Assembly: GCA_047495785.1 (NCBI GenBank)
Contig: JBLDXI010000010.1
Coordinates: 1,798,001-1,862,000, forward strand
DNA from: Lepidodermella squamata
Taxonomy: Eukaryota; Animalia; Gastrotricha
DNA: 64,000 bases
Direction of reading: 5' to 3'
The position numbers and the translations under genes are program-made. Position 1 is the first letter of the stretch, and each line of letters starts with the position of its first letter. This document shows positions 61,598 through 64,000 of this stretch, one piece after another. The notes beneath the pieces are model-generated. The model searched no databases and was not told where the DNA came from. It saw nothing but the letters and a program-made list of their open reading frames with translations.

Positions 61598-63967
61598 CTA
61601 AACCAGCATAACTGAGTCGTTGCGTTTTGTAGCAAAACTAGTCTTCACCATACCGGTGCCCACCATGCTTGGTCTCGAGGAAAGATTCAGCAGATTTGGC
61701 TTGACTAGCATTGTCTTCGCCACAACCAGAGAAATTACGAACGATAGCAAGATATCAATCACAGCAACTGTGATTTGCTGGTCAACAGGGCTTTGCAGAA
61801 TCAACAGAATCAGACACGTGCACGGAATAAGCGTCGCCAAATTCACGACTATCAACGCTGTTTCCTTGAAGTCCGATACCCTAACAGCCCTGCCAGATTG
61901 CTTTAGACTGTATAGGGCAAACCCCGCGATGATCAGCAGGACATAATTTGCCGAGATGATTGCGCCAATCCAAGCAGTTTGGTACGAGGAAGCGCAAATT
62001 GTCACGTAGGTTTCCACAAACTGATCCGCGACTTCATCCCTGTAACCCGACCCCAACGCAGCTACAAGACATTGCTGAGGGTCGATGCCGAACAGCCAAA
62101 GGCTTAAGACGAGTAGGATAAGAATAGAAAAGCCAAGTGATGCCGTCAATGTCTGTGAATCTTTGATTTCAATCGGTGCAAGAACTAAATTTGGCATGAC
62201 TGATGATTTTCGCGATACACGAAGGTCTACACCTGGCGATGACCGCCGACGGGCTTCATCTTCCTTAAGCTTCCGATAGCTGAGGAAAACGTGAACAGCG
62301 GTGATTGAAGTGATAATTGCTACAGAAATCAGTTCAATGAAAATTCGACTGATCAATAAAGAGTGAGCTGATAGAAGTGACGTCTTTACAACGAAGAGAA
62401 TTGCAGACACGTCCAACAGAACACAACCTGCAAGCGTCGAGATTTTCGCAGCTCGAACTCCTGTAGGCTCCCTTCTATAAGCCGAGTAAACCGCGACAGC
62501 GAATTTCGCAACTATAAGGAATCCAGCGAAAGTTGATATTGTTGCTAGAGAAGTATCTGACGTATCAAGATGCCGAACTACCCTAGTCTCCATGTCACTG
62601 GGAGGGCTCCCGTTTACAGTTGGCCAAGGAATTTTGCTCAGAATGGGGATGACCCTGGAATTGTCGTAAGGATCACTCGAGTTGGACTTCTCATTACTAA
62701 TTTGAACTATCTTAAAACCATTTTTCAGGGTGACGTAGAACGGCAAACCTTGAAGATTTCCGGCTTTATCGTAGCTGACCGAAGAAGTTCGCAATGGTTT
62801 GTAGGTGGTAGCAATGAAGTTTTCTTGCACGGCTTGAACAATCGTGGCGGAATTCTTCCGAAAATCTCTTAAGGTTAGATTTTTCGCTGCCAGGGCTTTC
62901 TCGGCATAATCCAGAGCAATGACAGATTGCATCACAGTATCGTGGCAGACCTTGGAAATGGCGTAGTCTGATGTTCGAACTCCCATGATCTTTTCATTCA
63001 GCATTGCCTCAAATTCAGTTGGATTGTAGCCAAAGTCGCTAGGATGCGTCATGTCCCCATCACCGTCGACAGTTCCGAAAACGAAGGTCTGATCAAGTTG
63101 CTCGGCAATTACAGATTTCTCACACTTTGCCTTTCCTGAACCTTCAACGTAATTCTTATAGACACCTTGAATTCCAGCATCAATGCCGAGGAAGAGATAC
63201 CTGGAACCCTTCATTCCAGCTTCATGCAAGGTGCACAGAACGTCTGGTAGCGTGACAGTAAAACTAACGTAGATCACAATTATTCTGACGTCCTTTGCCT
63301 TCAAATTTTCAGCGTTTTGCCGCTCGAAATTGATGGATGTATCGAAGGTAATTACATTGACCCCTTTCGCTTGAGCAATATCCATGAAATGCAGAGCCCC
63401 GACCAAGTCATTCGAGTTATCTGGATTCAAAATCATGGCGATATTCCGCCAACCTCCGACCGTCTTAATAAATCTTAAGTAGCCAAAGTTGTAGTTAATC
63501 ATCGTCGAGGCAGATAATAAAAGGTTGGGGAACTGTTTCCTATCAGAGAGAATAGGGTGAGTACAAGCTGATGATAGGCTCATGAAGTTGATGTGATGCA
63601 AGAAACGTCCGATACCCTTGCAGCCATTCGAATTGGTTGGGCCAACTGCGATCGGTGAAGGCAGAATGCTGTCATCGGAACTTTCAAAATATTTCCGATA
63701 GTAGTCCATGAACGCTGTTGGAGCGTTGTTTCCCGATAGCTTTTCATCTCCAAATACCAGTTGAATCTCGTAATCAGGGAGATATTTCGTGCTATTATTT
63801 GCAACTTCAGCTGCCAGGGCAGATGCAGCTCGGCAATTGGATGGGATAGATGGCTCCGAACCCGTGATTCGGCTTTGCACATAAAGCGCGAGTTTAAAAG
63901 GCTTTTTCTGACCTGCAACCGGGTGCAGGACAAATGCCAGGATGTACACAAAGATTCGCATTCTCAT
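61598..63967 (-). CDS. Intronless class C GPCR, GABA-B-like architecture (Venus flytrap + 7TM, no Cys-rich domain)
   Basis: LAAEVAN..LPDYEI, VGPTNSNGC, PILSDRKQFP, GWRNIA, LKAKDVRII, WPTVNGSPPSD, seven TM helices, IDP after TM4. Confidence 0.88.
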   Translation of the reverse strand: MRMRIFVYILAFVLHPVAGQKKPFKLALYVQSRITGSEPSIPSNCRAASALAAEVANNSTKYLPDYEIQLVFGDEKLSGNNAPTAFMDYYRKYFESSDDSILPSPIAVGPTNSNGCKGIGRFLHHINFMSLSSACTHPILSDRKQFPNLLLSASTMINYNFGYLRFIKTVGGWRNIAMILNPDNSNDLVGALHFMDIAQAKGVNVITFDTSINFERQNAENLKAKDVRIIVIYVSFTVTLPDVLCTLHEAGMKGSRYLFLGIDAGIQGVYKNYVEGSGKAKCEKSVIAEQLDQTFVFGTVDGDGDMTHPSDFGYNPTEFEAMLNEKIMGVRTSDYAISKVCHDTVMQSVIALDYAEKALAAKNLTLRDFRKNSATIVQAVQENFIATTYKPLRTSSVSYDKAGNLQGLPFYVTLKNGFKIVQISNEKSNSSDPYDNSRVIPILSKIPWPTVNGSPPSDMETRVVRHLDTSDTSLATISTFAGFLIVAKFAVAVYSAYRREPTGVRAAKISTLAGCVLLDVSAILFVVKTSLLSAHSLLISRIFIELISVAIITSITAVHVFLSYRKLKEDEARRRSSPGVDLRVSRKSSVMPNLVLAPIEIKDSQTLTASLGFSILILLVLSLWLFGIDPQQCLVAALGSGYRDEVADQFVETYVTICASSYQTAWIGAIISANYVLLIIAGFALYSLKQSGRAVRVSDFKETALIVVNLATLIPCTCLILLILQSPVDQQITVAVIDILLSFVISLVVAKTMLVKPNLLNLSSRPSMVGTGMVKTSFATKRNDSVMLV

Positions 63968-64000
63968 TTATAGTTTGTCAAATAGTCTACAATTTACAAA

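Overview
Gene-dense animal (invertebrate-type) genomic DNA with short GT-AG introns (mostly ~47-60 bp); the species cannot be named from sequence alone. The dominant feature is a dispersed tandem array of 12 highly divergent pentameric ligand-gated ion channel (Cys-loop) subunit genes. None has the nAChR vicinal Cys-Cys, 11 have a minimal M3-M4 loop, and they fall into a two-exon and an intronless subfamily plus two three-exon outliers. One subunit has lost the Cys-loop disulfide and the invariant Pro, and one is split by a Mutator-like element at the M1-M2 linker. Interleaved genes are: a class A GPCR, a GABA-B-like class C GPCR, a LamG-EGF-ShK-CCP membrane protein, a catalytically dead astacin-EGF-CUB-kringle protein, a duplicated secreted LDLa3-CCP gene, a sulfotransferase, a stanniocalcin-like gene, an ankyrin/SOCS-box gene, a mucin-like gene, and orphan membrane proteins. 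Two intron-containing tRNA-Ile(UAU) genes and several MITE/LINE remnants are also present. Nearly all genes are on the minus strand, some only 65-300 bp apart. Best hypothesis (inference): a lineage-specific chemosensory ion-channel receptor island analogous to cephalopod chemotactile receptors. Exon models were built by hand and all domain calls are motif recognition, not database searches.
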